DNA of 64,000 nucleotides from Halopseudomonas maritima (GTDB lineage: Bacteria > Pseudomonadota > Gammaproteobacteria > Pseudomonadales > Pseudomonadaceae). Below are positions 9,058 to 18,945 of the stretch, piece after piece. The notes under the pieces were generated by a model. The model was given only the letters and a program-made list of their open reading frames with translations, was not told the origin of the DNA and ran no database searches. The translations under genes and the position numbers were made by a program. The DNA lies in the NCBI RefSeq assembly GCF_021545785.1, contig NZ_CP079801.1:2826057-2890056 (forward strand), written 5' to 3'. Every line of letters begins with the position of its first letter. Position 1 is the stretch's first letter.

Positions 9058-9251
9058 GGTGTTGCCTCCAGCATAAGTGGCAGTCGCACGGGGTGTGGCT
9101 GCGTCTGGAGCGGACTGTGCACCGGCCTGATCGGCGGCGCCAGCGTTACCGAAAAGGTTGCGCAGAAGGTGGCTTAAGGTATTACATGGCGATACTTTCT
9201 TGGGTTGGAAGCCGTCGCATCGGCGGTCATGTTCGGTAAAGGTATTGTCAT

Positions 9252-10031
9252 ATGGCGCAGACCGCGGCGATTGTTTCGGCGCTCAAAAACGCATTGAAGG
9301 AGCAGGGCATCACCTATCAGCAGGTCGCTGAGGCGCTGGAGCTGTCGGAGGCGAGCGTCAAGCGCCTGTTCTCCGAGCGGCAGTTTTCTCTGCAGCGCCT
9401 GGATCAGATCTGCTCTTTGTTGGGGCTGGAAATCAGCGACCTGGTGCGGCGGCTGGATCAGGCCCAGCGCATTGACGCCTTGACCGCCGAGCAGGAACAG
9501 GAGCTGGTGAGCGATGACCGCCTGCTGCTGGTGGCGATCTGCGCACTGAACCGCTGGAGCCTGGCACAGATACTGGAAACCTATCAGCTCAGCGAAGTGG
9601 AAGCGGTCGGTCGGCTGGCGCGGCTGGATCGTATGGGGCTGATCGAGTTGCTGCCTGGCAACCGCATCAAGCCGCTGATCAGTCATGATTTTCGCTGGCA
9701 GCAGCATGGGCCGATTCAGCGTTTTTTCGAGCAACAGGTGCAGTCCGACTTCTTTCAGTGTCACTTCAACCGACCGGGTGAACTGCGTATGTTCCTCAGC
9801 GGCATGCTCTCGCCGCAGTCGACCGAGCAGATGCATCAGAAGTTGCAGCGTCTGGCGCAGGCGTTTCGCCACAGCCATCAGGAGGATCTGGTGCTGCCGC
9901 TGGAACAGCGTTTCGGCGTCAGCATGATTCTCGCTATCCGGCCCTGGGAGGTGGCAGCGTTTCAACAGCTGCGCCGAGCTGAGGCGGCCAAGTACTACCC
10001 TGGGCACAAACTAACGGGAGAGGCGGGATGA
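9252..10031 (+). CDS. XRE-family HTH transcriptional regulator with a C-terminal domain of unknown function
   Basis: N-terminal HTH_XRE (ITYQQVAEALELSEASVKRLFS); stop overlaps the MscS-family start (ATGA); divergent from the YiaAB-PspA operon. Confidence 0.6.
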   Translation: MAQTAAIVSALKNALKEQGITYQQVAEALELSEASVKRLFSERQFSLQRLDQICSLLGLEISDLVRRLDQAQRIDALTAEQEQELVSDDRLLLVAICALNRWSLAQILETYQLSEVEAVGRLARLDRMGLIELLPGNRIKPLISHDFRWQQHGPIQRFFEQQVQSDFFQCHFNRPGELRMFLSGMLSPQSTEQMHQKLQRLAQAFRHSHQEDLVLPLEQRFGVSMILAIRPWEVAAFQQLRRAEAAKYYPGHKLTGEAG

Positions 10032-11104
10032 ACCTGCTCACGGATATTCTGGCAGCAGTCCTGGCGTCTATGCCGTTGCTGCTGACGCTCGGGCTGGTGG
10101 CGTTGATGCTGGCGCTGGCGCATTTTTTGTTGATTCGGCGCAATCGCGATCTGGGCAACGAGCGGCTGTTTTCACGCCAGCTGATCATGCTGGCGCTGAC
10201 CCTGATTGGTCTGGTTGCCGTCATCCTGGCCTTGCCGGTCAGCGAGGGCGCGCGCAACCAGATTATCGCGCTATTGGGGTTGTTGATCTCCGGCGTCTTT
10301 GCCTTTTCGTCGTCCAATATCTTTGCCAACCTGGCCGCAGGCGTATTGTTGCGCATGACTCGGCCCTTTGTGCTGGGCGACTTTATCTCTGTCGGAGAGT
10401 ACTTTGGTCGGGTGGCCGAACGGGGGCTGTTTGACACCGAGATTCAATCTGAAAGTGGCGAGCTGATTGCGTTGCCCAACAGCTATCTGACCAGCCAGCC
10501 GATTGCCACGTTGCGCAGTGATGGCGCGCTGGTCTCGGCCGAGCTGTCGCTGGGGTATGACACTCATCACTCTGATGTAGAACCCTTGCTGCTCGCGGCG
10601 GCGCAGGCCAGCGGCCTGCAGGATGCCTTTGTACAACTGCTGGCGCTGGGCAACTTTGCCATCAGCTACCGGATATCCGGGGTGCTGCCCGAGGCGCGTG
10701 GCCTGATTACGGCGCGTTCCACCCTGTACAAGGCGATTCTCGACGGCTTGCACGGCGCAGGTATCGAGATCATGTCGGCCACCATCATGAATCAACGCCC
10801 GGTGCCTGCTGAGCACCTGTTTATCCCGGCAGGTGGCGGGCATCGCCAGCGCCGCGCGCAGGCTGCTGAAGCAGAAGCGGTGTTGTTCGACAAGGCGGAA
10901 CAGGCGCAGCAACTGGCCGAGCGCAAGGCGCAGTTGTCCGAGCAGGCGCGTGCGCTGGAGGCGGAGGCCAAAGGTGCTGATGGCGAGCGCAAGGCGGCGA
11001 TCAAGACGCAACTGGAGCATATGCGCGAGCAGCGGCGGGAGCTTGATGCGTTGACGGAGTCGGGTGTCGAGGCGGCTGGGGCAGGGCGGGCGGGGCGCTC
11101 CTGA
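10028..11104 (+). CDS. Mechanosensitive ion channel (MscS family), long C-terminal coiled-coil/acidic tail
   Basis: 358 aa; 3 N-terminal TMs then the MscS beta domain (GDFISVGEYFGRVAERGLFDTEIQSESGELIALPNSYL). Confidence 0.85.
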   Translation: MNLLTDILAAVLASMPLLLTLGLVALMLALAHFLLIRRNRDLGNERLFSRQLIMLALTLIGLVAVILALPVSEGARNQIIALLGLLISGVFAFSSSNIFANLAAGVLLRMTRPFVLGDFISVGEYFGRVAERGLFDTEIQSESGELIALPNSYLTSQPIATLRSDGALVSAELSLGYDTHHSDVEPLLLAAAQASGLQDAFVQLLALGNFAISYRISGVLPEARGLITARSTLYKAILDGLHGAGIEIMSATIMNQRPVPAEHLFIPAGGGHRQRRAQAAEAEAVLFDKAEQAQQLAERKAQLSEQARALEAEAKGADGERKAAIKTQLEHMREQRRELDALTESGVEAAGAGRAGRS

Positions 11105-11113
11105 GGAGCGCCC
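11093..11113. terminator. Hairpin between convergent MscS-family gene and yebC
   Basis: GGGCGCTCC-TGA-GGAGCGCCC perfect 9-bp stem; the loop is the mscS stop codon. Confidence 0.5.
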
Positions 11114-11120
11114 GCGCAGA

Positions 11121-11837
11121 TCAGAACTCGGCGTTGTGGAAGATGTTCTGCACGTCGTCGAGGTCGTTCAGCATGTCGGTAAACTTCTCGAACATGGCCA
11201 CATCATCACCGCTGATCTCGGTGGTGGTTTGCGGCACAAACTGGATCAGGTCGGCTTCAAAATCCAGCTCGCCAAAGGTGTCGATCAGCGCCTGCTTGGC
11301 CTTGAAGTACTCGGTGTGCGGGGCAAACACGGTGATCACGCCGTCTTCGTTCTCGATGTCGGTGACGTCGACGTCGGCCATCATCAGCGCTTCCAACGTG
11401 CCTTCTTCGTCTTCACCCTTGAACGCCAGAATGGCGCAGTGATCGAACATGTGGCTGACGCTGCCCTCGGTGCCGATCTTGCTCTTGGTCTTGGTGAAGC
11501 AGTTGCGCACGTCGGCGAAGGTGCGGTTCGGGTTATCCGTCAGGCAGTCAACGATGACCATGCAGTTGCCGGGGCCAAAGCCTTCATAACGCGCCTTGGA
11601 AAAATCCTCACCGCCGCCGCCCTTGGCCTTGTCGATGGCCTTGTCGATGACGTGGCCGGGCACCTGGTCTTTTTTGGCACGATCAATCAGGCCGCGCAGG
11701 GCCAGGTTACCATCGGGGTCCACGCCGCCTGACTTGGCGGTGACGTAGATCTCCCGCGCGTACTTGCTGTATAGCTTGGTTTTGGCGTCGGCCGTCTTGG
11801 CCATGGATTCCTTGCGGTTCTGATAAGCGCGACCCAT
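11121..11837 (-). CDS. yebC: YebC/PmpR-family transcriptional regulatory protein
   Basis: 239 aa from ATG 11837 ([30 protein letters not shown]...), the canonical YebC N-terminus. Confidence 0.9.
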   Translation of the reverse strand: MGRAYQNRKESMAKTADAKTKLYSKYAREIYVTAKSGGVDPDGNLALRGLIDRAKKDQVPGHVIDKAIDKAKGGGGEDFSKARYEGFGPGNCMVIVDCLTDNPNRTFADVRNCFTKTKSKIGTEGSVSHMFDHCAILAFKGEDEEGTLEALMMADVDVTDIENEDGVITVFAPHTEYFKAKQALIDTFGELDFEADLIQFVPQTTTEISGDDVAMFEKFTDMLNDLDDVQNIFHNAEF

Positions 11838-11996
11838 CTGCGAGTGTCCTGTCGAAATGTCGAAAAACAGCGATTCTACCCGCAGTTGGCGGCGGATATC
11901 CACGTTTGAGCCCGGCCCGGCTGACGAACGTGGGGCCGCCGGACAGAGGGCATAGCGGCGGCGTATGATGGGGCTTTTGCCAGGGGGAGCCAGCGC

Positions 11997-12656
11997 GTGA
12001 TTTCCAGACTACCATCCTGGGTTGAGGCTGGCGCATTCAGCCTTGCGTTGATGGCCGGTGTGGTCAATGCGGTGGGCCTGCTGGGCTTCAGCCATCAGGC
12101 GGTGTCACACCTGACCGGTACCTCGACTCTGCTGGGCGCCGGGCTGACGCGGCTGCCGGCTGCGGAGTTGTTACACCTGCTGCTGGTGTTGCTCAGCTTT
12201 GTCGCCGGGGCTGCATTCAGCGGACTGTTTATTGGTAGCAGCGCGTTGCAACCGGGGCGGCGTTACGGACTGGCGCTGGTACTGGAGGCGCTGTTACTGG
12301 TGCTCGCCATGCTGGCACTGCAGGCTGCCAGCCTGGGTGGTCACTACCTGGCCTCCGCTGCCTGCGGGCTGCAGAACGCGATGGTGACCACCTACAGTGG
12401 GGCGATCATCCGAACTACCCATGTTACGGGCATCTTTACCGATCTGGGTGTGATGCTGGGGGCTCGCCTGCGTGGGGTGCCCGTGGATCGGCGCAAGGCC
12501 AAGTTGTTTCTGCTGCTGATCAGCGGCTTTATTCTGGGCGGCACGATCGGCGCGCTGGGCTTTGACCAATGGCAGTTCAACACGCTGTTGTTGCCCGCTG
12601 TGATGGCGCTGGGGCTAGCGGCGCTCTATCAGGTCTGGGTATTGCGTCAGCACTAG
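11997..12656 (+). CDS. YoaK/DUF1275-family inner-membrane protein
   Basis: 219 aa, 6 TM helices, pattern typical of DUF1275. Confidence 0.6.
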   Translation: MISRLPSWVEAGAFSLALMAGVVNAVGLLGFSHQAVSHLTGTSTLLGAGLTRLPAAELLHLLLVLLSFVAGAAFSGLFIGSSALQPGRRYGLALVLEALLLVLAMLALQAASLGGHYLASAACGLQNAMVTTYSGAIIRTTHVTGIFTDLGVMLGARLRGVPVDRRKAKLFLLLISGFILGGTIGALGFDQWQFNTLLLPAVMALGLAALYQVWVLRQH

Positions 12657-12684
12657 GCAAGCCTGGTGGAGCGAACAGGCTGTG

Positions 12685-13014
12685 TTACTGCATGTCGTCC
12701 AAGGTAATGACAATCTCACCATCCAGCTCTCCGGATGGCAGGATCGTATAACGGTCCCCGTCTTCGTCCTGCGCGATCAGTTCCTCCAGAGGTCTGCTCC
12801 CCATCTGGCTCTGCAGCTCGATACTGGCGCCGTCCGGGAGTACGTCGTCGCCCAGAATGTCTTCTGAGGGGCAGGAATCGCCTCGATACACAACGTAGAT
12901 GAACTGGATCTCATAGCCAGTCTTGTTGGTGATTGTGACGGGGGCGTCTGCGGCAACGGCTTTGCCGCTGAGCAGCAGCAACAGCGCAAGCATGTTGCAG
13001 AGTGTTCTGAGCAT
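12685..13014 (-). CDS. Small secreted protein, paralog A (unknown function)
   Basis: About 109 aa from M18; signal peptide MLRTLCNMLALLLLLSGKAVAA; shares TNxTGYxIxxxYVxxxxS...ILPDG...DEDGDxYT...TLDDM motifs with the adjacent paralog. Confidence 0.55.
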   Translation of the reverse strand: MLRTLCNMLALLLLLSGKAVAADAPVTITNKTGYEIQFIYVVYRGDSCPSEDILGDDVLPDGASIELQSQMGSRPLEELIAQDEDGDRYTILPSGELDGEIVITLDDMQ

Positions 13015-13134
13015 GGCGGGTGTCCATGGTGTTGAGGCTATCAGGGGCGAGTAGTCTGGAGGCACTCGGCATCTGCCAGCGACTGGGGTTGGTGGTTTGC
13101 AGACAGGGCGGCGGGGAGCCGCCCTGCGTTGAAC

Positions 13135-13467
13135 TTAGTCCATGTCATCCAGGGTAAAGACGACATCGTCACGGGCGACGTCGATTTCCCATACGGTGTA
13201 GGTGTCGCCGTCCTCGTCCTTGGCGCGAATGTCAAAGATGGAGGACTTGGCACCGCGCAGGTTGACCCGCACTGTGTGGCCGTCAGGCAGAATGTCCTCA
13301 TCCAGCACGTCTTCTTCCCAGCTCTTGGACTTGGCGTGGCTCACATACAGGTAATAGATGTCGTAGCCGGTGTCGTTGGTCACCTCGACATAGCCATCGA
13401 AGCCGGCGGCTGCGGGGCCGCTAAACAGGCATAGGACGGCAAACAGCGCTAAGGCTTTTTTGATCAT
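13135..13467 (-). CDS. Small secreted protein, paralog B (unknown function)
   Basis: 110 aa from ATG 13467 (GGGAGAG SD); signal peptide MIKKALALFAVLCLFSGPAAA; same motif set as paralog A. Confidence 0.6.
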   Translation of the reverse strand: MIKKALALFAVLCLFSGPAAAGFDGYVEVTNDTGYDIYYLYVSHAKSKSWEEDVLDEDILPDGHTVRVNLRGAKSSIFDIRAKDEDGDTYTVWEIDVARDDVVFTLDDMD

Positions 13468-13827
13468 TTTTCTCTCCCTGGGTGCGCCCGACTGGTAGGC
13501 GCGAAAGCTGATCGGACAGGCCGAACAACGCGTGTGACAGCCGGCCACGCCGCGACGCATGTCGCCGCAGATGCGGCGAGTGGGGGGCAGTGACCGGGAT
13601 GTTGGCCAGCGTATTGCTGGCCGGATAGAAGGATATCGCCCGGGGCGTTGATGGCAAGTACCTAAAACTGGGTATTTACCATCAGTTTGCCATCCGGCGC
13701 TGCAGCAGCTTAGCCACGGGCTATCCGGTGAGCCCTGCCACAGCGGCTGGTCTCATCGCTGCGGCGCTGGCACCCGCGCCGGCGTCTATGCTCGAGAAGT
13801 AGCCCCGATGAGCCACAGGGAGGCAGC

Positions 13828-14283
13828 ATGCAGACTCAGGCGCAGGCCCATTTGCTGGGCGAGCTGGAGGACAACATTCAGCGCTTTGATCGGGAGTCGG
13901 ATAAGCACAAGCGACTGTACCGGCGTTGCCAGAATCTGGTGATTGGCCTGACGGCTGTAACCTCGGTGGTGGCTGGGCTCGGCTTGCTGCTGCCGGGGTG
14001 GGAGCGCTACAGCCAGTTTGCGGTGTTGTGTCTGAGTGCGGGTGTGAGTGCGGCCACGGCCTGGGGCGAGATGCGCCGGCTGCGCGAATTGTGGCAGCAC
14101 GAGCGCGAGGTGTTCTACGCGCTGGTTGATCTGCGCCGAGAGCTGGAATTCGCCCGCACCTATGGCGAGTTGAGTGTCAGCGATCTGCAGGCCTACTTCG
14201 CCCGCATGAATGTGCTGCTGGGCAGCAGCTCGCAGCAGTGGGCGCAGATCCACCAGCAACGCGCTGACCAGGGTACGCCCTGA
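13828..14283 (+). CDS. Hypothetical 2-TM protein, possibly SLATT/DUF4231-like
   Basis: 151 aa; AGGGAGG SD; N-terminal helix, two central TM helices, C-terminal charged helix. Family assignment is by architecture only. Confidence 0.35.
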   Translation: MQTQAQAHLLGELEDNIQRFDRESDKHKRLYRRCQNLVIGLTAVTSVVAGLGLLLPGWERYSQFAVLCLSAGVSAATAWGEMRRLRELWQHEREVFYALVDLRRELEFARTYGELSVSDLQAYFARMNVLLGSSSQQWAQIHQQRADQGTP

Positions 14284-14303
14284 TCAGCGTCAGCTTGCTG
14301 CGA

Positions 14304-14726
14304 TTACTCGACCGTGATGGTGATCTGCTCGGAAGTAACCGAGGGCGACAGCGGGATGTGGTAGTGGTCGCCGACAATCAGCTGCAGGGTGTGTTTGCCG
14401 GGTGGCAACTCGAGGCTGGTCTGGGTCTGCCCGCCACCAAAGTGCACATGGTTGTCGTCGGCCGGAATGGGTTGACCTGCCGGGGGCAGGGTGTCGGTGT
14501 CGATCAGCAGGTGATGGTGGCCGGTGCCGGGGCGCTCAACCCCTGCTGGCGCCACGCCCATGCCCTCCAGGCCAAACTGCACAGTGACCGGTGAGCTGAC
14601 GGTCGCGCCGTCGCTGGGGGAAATGAAAAACACCTTGGCGTCTTCCGGTGCGGCGGTTTGGGCAAAGGCGAGGCTGGCGCTGCCGGCCAGCAGCAGTCCG
14701 GCGAGAGTGTGGGTGATCTGTTGCAT
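14304..14726 (-). CDS. DUF4399-domain periplasmic protein
   Basis: 140 aa from ATG 14726 (AAGGAG SD); signal peptide; His-rich HHHLLIDTD...DHYH blocks. Confidence 0.55.
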   Translation of the reverse strand: MQQITHTLAGLLLAGSASLAFAQTAAPEDAKVFFISPSDGATVSSPVTVQFGLEGMGVAPAGVERPGTGHHHLLIDTDTLPPAGQPIPADDNHVHFGGGQTQTSLELPPGKHTLQLIVGDHYHIPLSPSVTSEQITITVE

Positions 14727-15006
14727 GGGGTGCTCCTTGTTTGCGTTTTTGGCAGGGGGGCAACCTCTGGTTGACCCGTCAAATCGGCTCTGGTTCAACC
14801 CTCGTCGGCTGTTTGCGTCTGATGTTTATCCTGCCTACCCTGTGGAGGAGGGCGCTGACCGGAGCGCGGTCGACTGAAACAGTGCCCTGCCGGTTATATC
14901 TTCGCCATGCTGCTCGCGTGGCGTCTTTTGCGCAGCGCACTGCGTATCGTTTTTCAGGTGAGCAGGGCCGCCCTGCTCCTACATCGTCTTGCCCCTGGAG
15001 GCCGCC

Positions 15007-16470
15007 ATGTCTGCACCGTCCCGTCTTGCCGAACCCCGCCTGTTTCGCCAGCAATGTCTGGTTGCAGGCAACTGGATTGACGCCAGCGATGGCGCTTCCA
15101 TTGAGGTGGACAACCCGGCCAGCGGCGAGATTATCGGCAGCGTGCCCAGCCTGAACGAAGCTCAGCTCAACGATTGCATTACCCAGGCCGACCAGGCCTT
15201 TGCCAACTGGCGCAAGACCACGGCGCTGGAGCGCGCCGATCTGTTGATGCGCTGGAACGACTTGATCCTCAAGCACCGCGAGGACATCGCCAGCCTGATG
15301 ACCCTGGAGCAGGGCAAGCCGCTAGTGGAGTCGCGTGGTGAGGTGGATTACGCCGCATCCTTCATCCGCTGGTTTGCCGAGGAGGCGCGGCGCGTTTACG
15401 GCGAGACCGTTCCCGGTGCCAAGCCCGGGCAGCACATCGTGGTGACCCGCCAGCCGATTGGCGTGACGGCCGCCATCACGCCCTGGAACTTCCCGGCAGC
15501 GATGATTACCCGCAAGGCGGGCGCCGCGCTGGCAGCCGGCTGCTCGATGATCGTCAAACCCGCCAGCGCCACGCCCTTTACCGCGCTGGCGCTGGGTGTA
15601 CTGGCCGAAGAGGCGGGTATCCCGGCGGGCGTATTCAACGTGGTCACCGGCAAGGCGTCGATGATCAGCAAGGTGCTGACCAGCAGCGAGACAGTGCGCA
15701 AGCTGAGCTTTACCGGCTCGACCAGCGTCGGCAGCCAGCTGATGGCCCAATGCGCCGAGCATGTGCAAAAGGTATCGCTGGAGCTGGGCGGCAACGCGCC
15801 CTTTATCGTCTTTGATGACGCTGATCTGGACCGTGCGGTAGAAGGCGCTATGGTCTGCAAGTTTCGCAATACCGGCCAGACCTGCGTCTGCGCTAATCGC
15901 TTTCTGGTGCAGAACGGCGTGCACGATCGCTTTGTCGAGAAGCTGGCCGAGGCCATGGGCAAGCTCAAGCTGGGTGACGGCTTTGCAGAGGGCGTCACCC
16001 AGTCCGCGCTGATTAATCGGGCAGCGGTGAAAAAGGTGCAGGAACACTTTGAAGATGCGCTGGCCAAGGGCGCCAAGCATGTTGCTGGCGCATCACCCGG
16101 CGAGGCCAAGGGTAACTACGTTGAGCCCGTACTGGTGACCGGCGTGACCCCGGACATGCAGGTCTGCGCCGACGAAACCTTCGGTCCGCTGGCGGCGGTG
16201 ATTCGCTTCGACAGCGAGGAGCAGGCCATCGAGCTGGCCAACGATACGCCTTACGGGCTGGCCGCCTACTTCTACAGCACCAACATCCACCGCGTCTGGC
16301 GCGTTGCCGATGCGCTGGAGGCCGGGATTATCGGCGTCAACGAGGGGGCGGTGTCCAATGCCGCAGCGCCCTTCGGCGGGGTCAAGGCCAGCGGCCTGGG
16401 CCGCGAGGGCTCGCGTCACGGGCTGGATGAGTACACCGAAATCAAGTACCTGTGCATGGGTGGGGAATAA
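15007..16470 (+). CDS. gabD: NAD(P)-dependent succinate-semialdehyde dehydrogenase (aldehyde dehydrogenase family)
   Basis: About 487 aa; ALDH catalytic Cys/Glu regions (ELGGNAPFIVFDDADLD, FRNTGQTCVCANR); GGAGG SD before ATG 15007. Confidence 0.85.
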   Translation: MSAPSRLAEPRLFRQQCLVAGNWIDASDGASIEVDNPASGEIIGSVPSLNEAQLNDCITQADQAFANWRKTTALERADLLMRWNDLILKHREDIASLMTLEQGKPLVESRGEVDYAASFIRWFAEEARRVYGETVPGAKPGQHIVVTRQPIGVTAAITPWNFPAAMITRKAGAALAAGCSMIVKPASATPFTALALGVLAEEAGIPAGVFNVVTGKASMISKVLTSSETVRKLSFTGSTSVGSQLMAQCAEHVQKVSLELGGNAPFIVFDDADLDRAVEGAMVCKFRNTGQTCVCANRFLVQNGVHDRFVEKLAEAMGKLKLGDGFAEGVTQSALINRAAVKKVQEHFEDALAKGAKHVAGASPGEAKGNYVEPVLVTGVTPDMQVCADETFGPLAAVIRFDSEEQAIELANDTPYGLAAYFYSTNIHRVWRVADALEAGIIGVNEGAVSNAAAPFGGVKASGLGREGSRHGLDEYTEIKYLCMGGE

Positions 16471-16473
16471 AGT

Positions 16474-17604
16474 ATGGCTGAGCCACGGCGCATCGCCCTG
16501 ATGCCCGGCGACGGCATTGGTCAGGAGGTCATGACCGCCGCTGCCGAGGTGCTGCAGGCGCTGGATAAGCAAACGCCACTGGGCCTGACCTGGGATTGGC
16601 TGGAGTGGCCCTCGACCGACTGGCACCGGCGGCATGGCGAGATGATGCCGGTCGATGCCATGACCCAGGTGCAGGCTTACGACGCGCTGTTGATGGGCGC
16701 GCTGGGCGACCCGGGGCCGCTGACTGATGCAGGCCGCTACTGCCTGCCCGACAGCGTTTCGCTGTCGCCGCTGCTGCAGTTTCGCAAGGGCTTGGGGTTG
16801 TGGGCCTGCGAGCGGCCGGCCCGGTTGCTGCCCGGCGCGCCCCAGTATCTGGCCGATGCGCGCGCCGCCGAGGTCGACATGCTGGTGATTCGCGAGAATA
16901 GCGAGGGCGAGTACGTTAATCAGGGCGGTCGCCTGCACCGGGGCACGTCCGATGAGGTTGCCACCCAGCTGGAGGTATTTACCCGCCGCGCTACCGAGCG
17001 ACTGATTCGCCATGCTTTTGTCCGCGCCCGTGAGCGGCTGGAGGCGCGGGGGGCAGAGACGCGGCACTTTCACTGCGCAGACAAGGGCCGTGCTGGTGCA
17101 CAGGTATGCCTGATTACCAAGCGCAATGCCCAGCCCTACTGGGGCGATATGTACACCGAGGTGTTTGCCGAGATTGCCGCCGCGTTCCCCGAGATAGGTG
17201 TGCACCATGAGCTGGTTGACGCGGCCTGCATGAAGTTTGTGCAGTGCCCCTGGACCTTTGACGTGGTGGTGGCGAGCAACTTGCATGGAGACATTCTGAC
17301 GGATCTGGCCGCCGTGCTCTCGGGCGGACTGGGGCTGGCGCCGTCGTGCAATATCAATCCGGACAGCCGTGCCATGCCCGCGCTGTTCGAACCCACACAT
17401 GGCAGTGCGCCGGATATCGCCGGCCAGGGGCTCGCAAACCCTGCTGCCATGCTGCTCACCACAGCCCTGATGCTGGACTGGGTGGGCTGCGCACAGGCTG
17501 CCGAACGCCTGCGCCAAGCGGTTGCCAAGGATCTGGCGACCACAGCTGGCCAGCGGCGGACCTGTCGGGATGTGACTGCCGGCGTGATTGCCGCGCTGCA
17601 CTGA
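16474..17604 (+). CDS. Tartrate dehydrogenase/decarboxylase-like enzyme (isocitrate/isopropylmalate dehydrogenase family)
   Basis: 376 aa; IALMPGDGIGQEV N-terminus and the C-terminal NLHGDILTDLAA motif of beta-decarboxylating dehydrogenases. Confidence 0.8.
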   Translation: MAEPRRIALMPGDGIGQEVMTAAAEVLQALDKQTPLGLTWDWLEWPSTDWHRRHGEMMPVDAMTQVQAYDALLMGALGDPGPLTDAGRYCLPDSVSLSPLLQFRKGLGLWACERPARLLPGAPQYLADARAAEVDMLVIRENSEGEYVNQGGRLHRGTSDEVATQLEVFTRRATERLIRHAFVRARERLEARGAETRHFHCADKGRAGAQVCLITKRNAQPYWGDMYTEVFAEIAAAFPEIGVHHELVDAACMKFVQCPWTFDVVVASNLHGDILTDLAAVLSGGLGLAPSCNINPDSRAMPALFEPTHGSAPDIAGQGLANPAAMLLTTALMLDWVGCAQAAERLRQAVAKDLATTAGQRRTCRDVTAGVIAALH

Positions 17605-17685
17605 TCCCGCTCGTGTGTCAGGACACGCTCTGCGTGTCGCTGGCCGATCAGACTCGGGCTTCGGCCCGCCGAAAGGACAGGAGAG

Positions 17686-18945
17686 ATGGCTATGCACCAT
17701 TTGTCACCGCTGCTCAAGCAGGCCAGCCAGGTCTGTGTCGATCACGGCGAAGGTAGCTGGCTGGTCGATACCGACGGTCGGCGCTATCTGGACTTCACCT
17801 CCGGTATCGGTGTGACCAGCACCGGCCATTGTCATCCCACCGTGGTCGCCGCCGCCCAGGCGCAGGTTGGCCGCGTGATTCACGCCCAGTACACCACGGT
17901 TGCTCACCGGCCCATGCTGGAGCTGACCGATGCGTTGGCCGAACGCATGCCCGAGGGCATTGATTCGGTGGCCTTCGCCAACTCCGGCTCCGAGTCGGTA
18001 GAGGCGGCCCTGCGCTTGGCACGGCAGGCCACCGGTCGCGCCAATATCATCGTGTTTGATGGTGGCTTTCACGGTCGCACCATGGCCGCCGCCTCCCTCA
18101 CCACCTCTGGTACCAAGGTGCGCACCGGCTTTCACCCGATGATGGCCGGAGTGGTGGTATCTCCGTTTCCGCATGCCTACCGCTACGGCTGGAGCGAGGA
18201 GCAGGCCACCGAGTTTGCCCTGCGCGAGCTCGACCACATTCTGAAAACCCGCACTGCGCCCAGCGACACCGCCGCCATGCTGATCGAGCCGGTGCAGGGC
18301 GAGTTCGGCTACTACCCGGCCAACACAGCCTTTATGCAGGGCCTGGCCGAGCGCTGTCGGCAGCATGGCATCTTGCTGATCTGCGACGAGATTCAGGCCG
18401 GTTACGGGCGTACCGGGCGCTTCTGGAGTCACAACCACTTTGACGTGACCCCGGACATCGTGATTACCGCCAAGGGGCTGGCCAGCGGCTTTCCGCTGTC
18501 GGCCATTGCCGCCTCCGAAGCATTGATGAGCAAGGGGCTGGCAGGCTCCCAGGGCGGCACTTATGGCGCCAACGCCGTGGCCTGCGCCGCTGCGCTGGCG
18601 ACGCTGGAGGTGATCGACAAGGAGCAACTGGTGGCCAACGCAGCGGAGCAGGGTGAGCTACTGACCGAGCGGCTGCTGGGTCTGCGCCAGCGTTTCCCGA
18701 TGATAGATACGCTGCGTGGCAAGGGGCTGATGCAAGGCATGGAGATTGCCGACGATTACCGCACCCCGCGCGGTGATCTGGCCGCGCGCCTGACCAGCGC
18801 CGCGGAGGACGAGGGCTTATTGCTGCTGCGCTGCGGCACCGACGGGCAAATTGTCCGCTGGTTGCCGCCGCTGACGGTCAGCAGCGCGGAGGTAGACGAA
18901 GCGGTGCAGCGTTTCAGTCGGGCCCTCGAACAGGTGGCGGCATGA
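17686..18945 (+). CDS. Class-III (omega) aminotransferase, GabT-like
   Basis: 419 aa; PLP fold-type I class III signature (LLICDEIQAGYGRTGRFW). Confidence 0.85.
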   Translation: MAMHHLSPLLKQASQVCVDHGEGSWLVDTDGRRYLDFTSGIGVTSTGHCHPTVVAAAQAQVGRVIHAQYTTVAHRPMLELTDALAERMPEGIDSVAFANSGSESVEAALRLARQATGRANIIVFDGGFHGRTMAAASLTTSGTKVRTGFHPMMAGVVVSPFPHAYRYGWSEEQATEFALRELDHILKTRTAPSDTAAMLIEPVQGEFGYYPANTAFMQGLAERCRQHGILLICDEIQAGYGRTGRFWSHNHFDVTPDIVITAKGLASGFPLSAIAASEALMSKGLAGSQGGTYGANAVACAAALATLEVIDKEQLVANAAEQGELLTERLLGLRQRFPMIDTLRGKGLMQGMEIADDYRTPRGDLAARLTSAAEDEGLLLLRCGTDGQIVRWLPPLTVSSAEVDEAVQRFSRALEQVAA

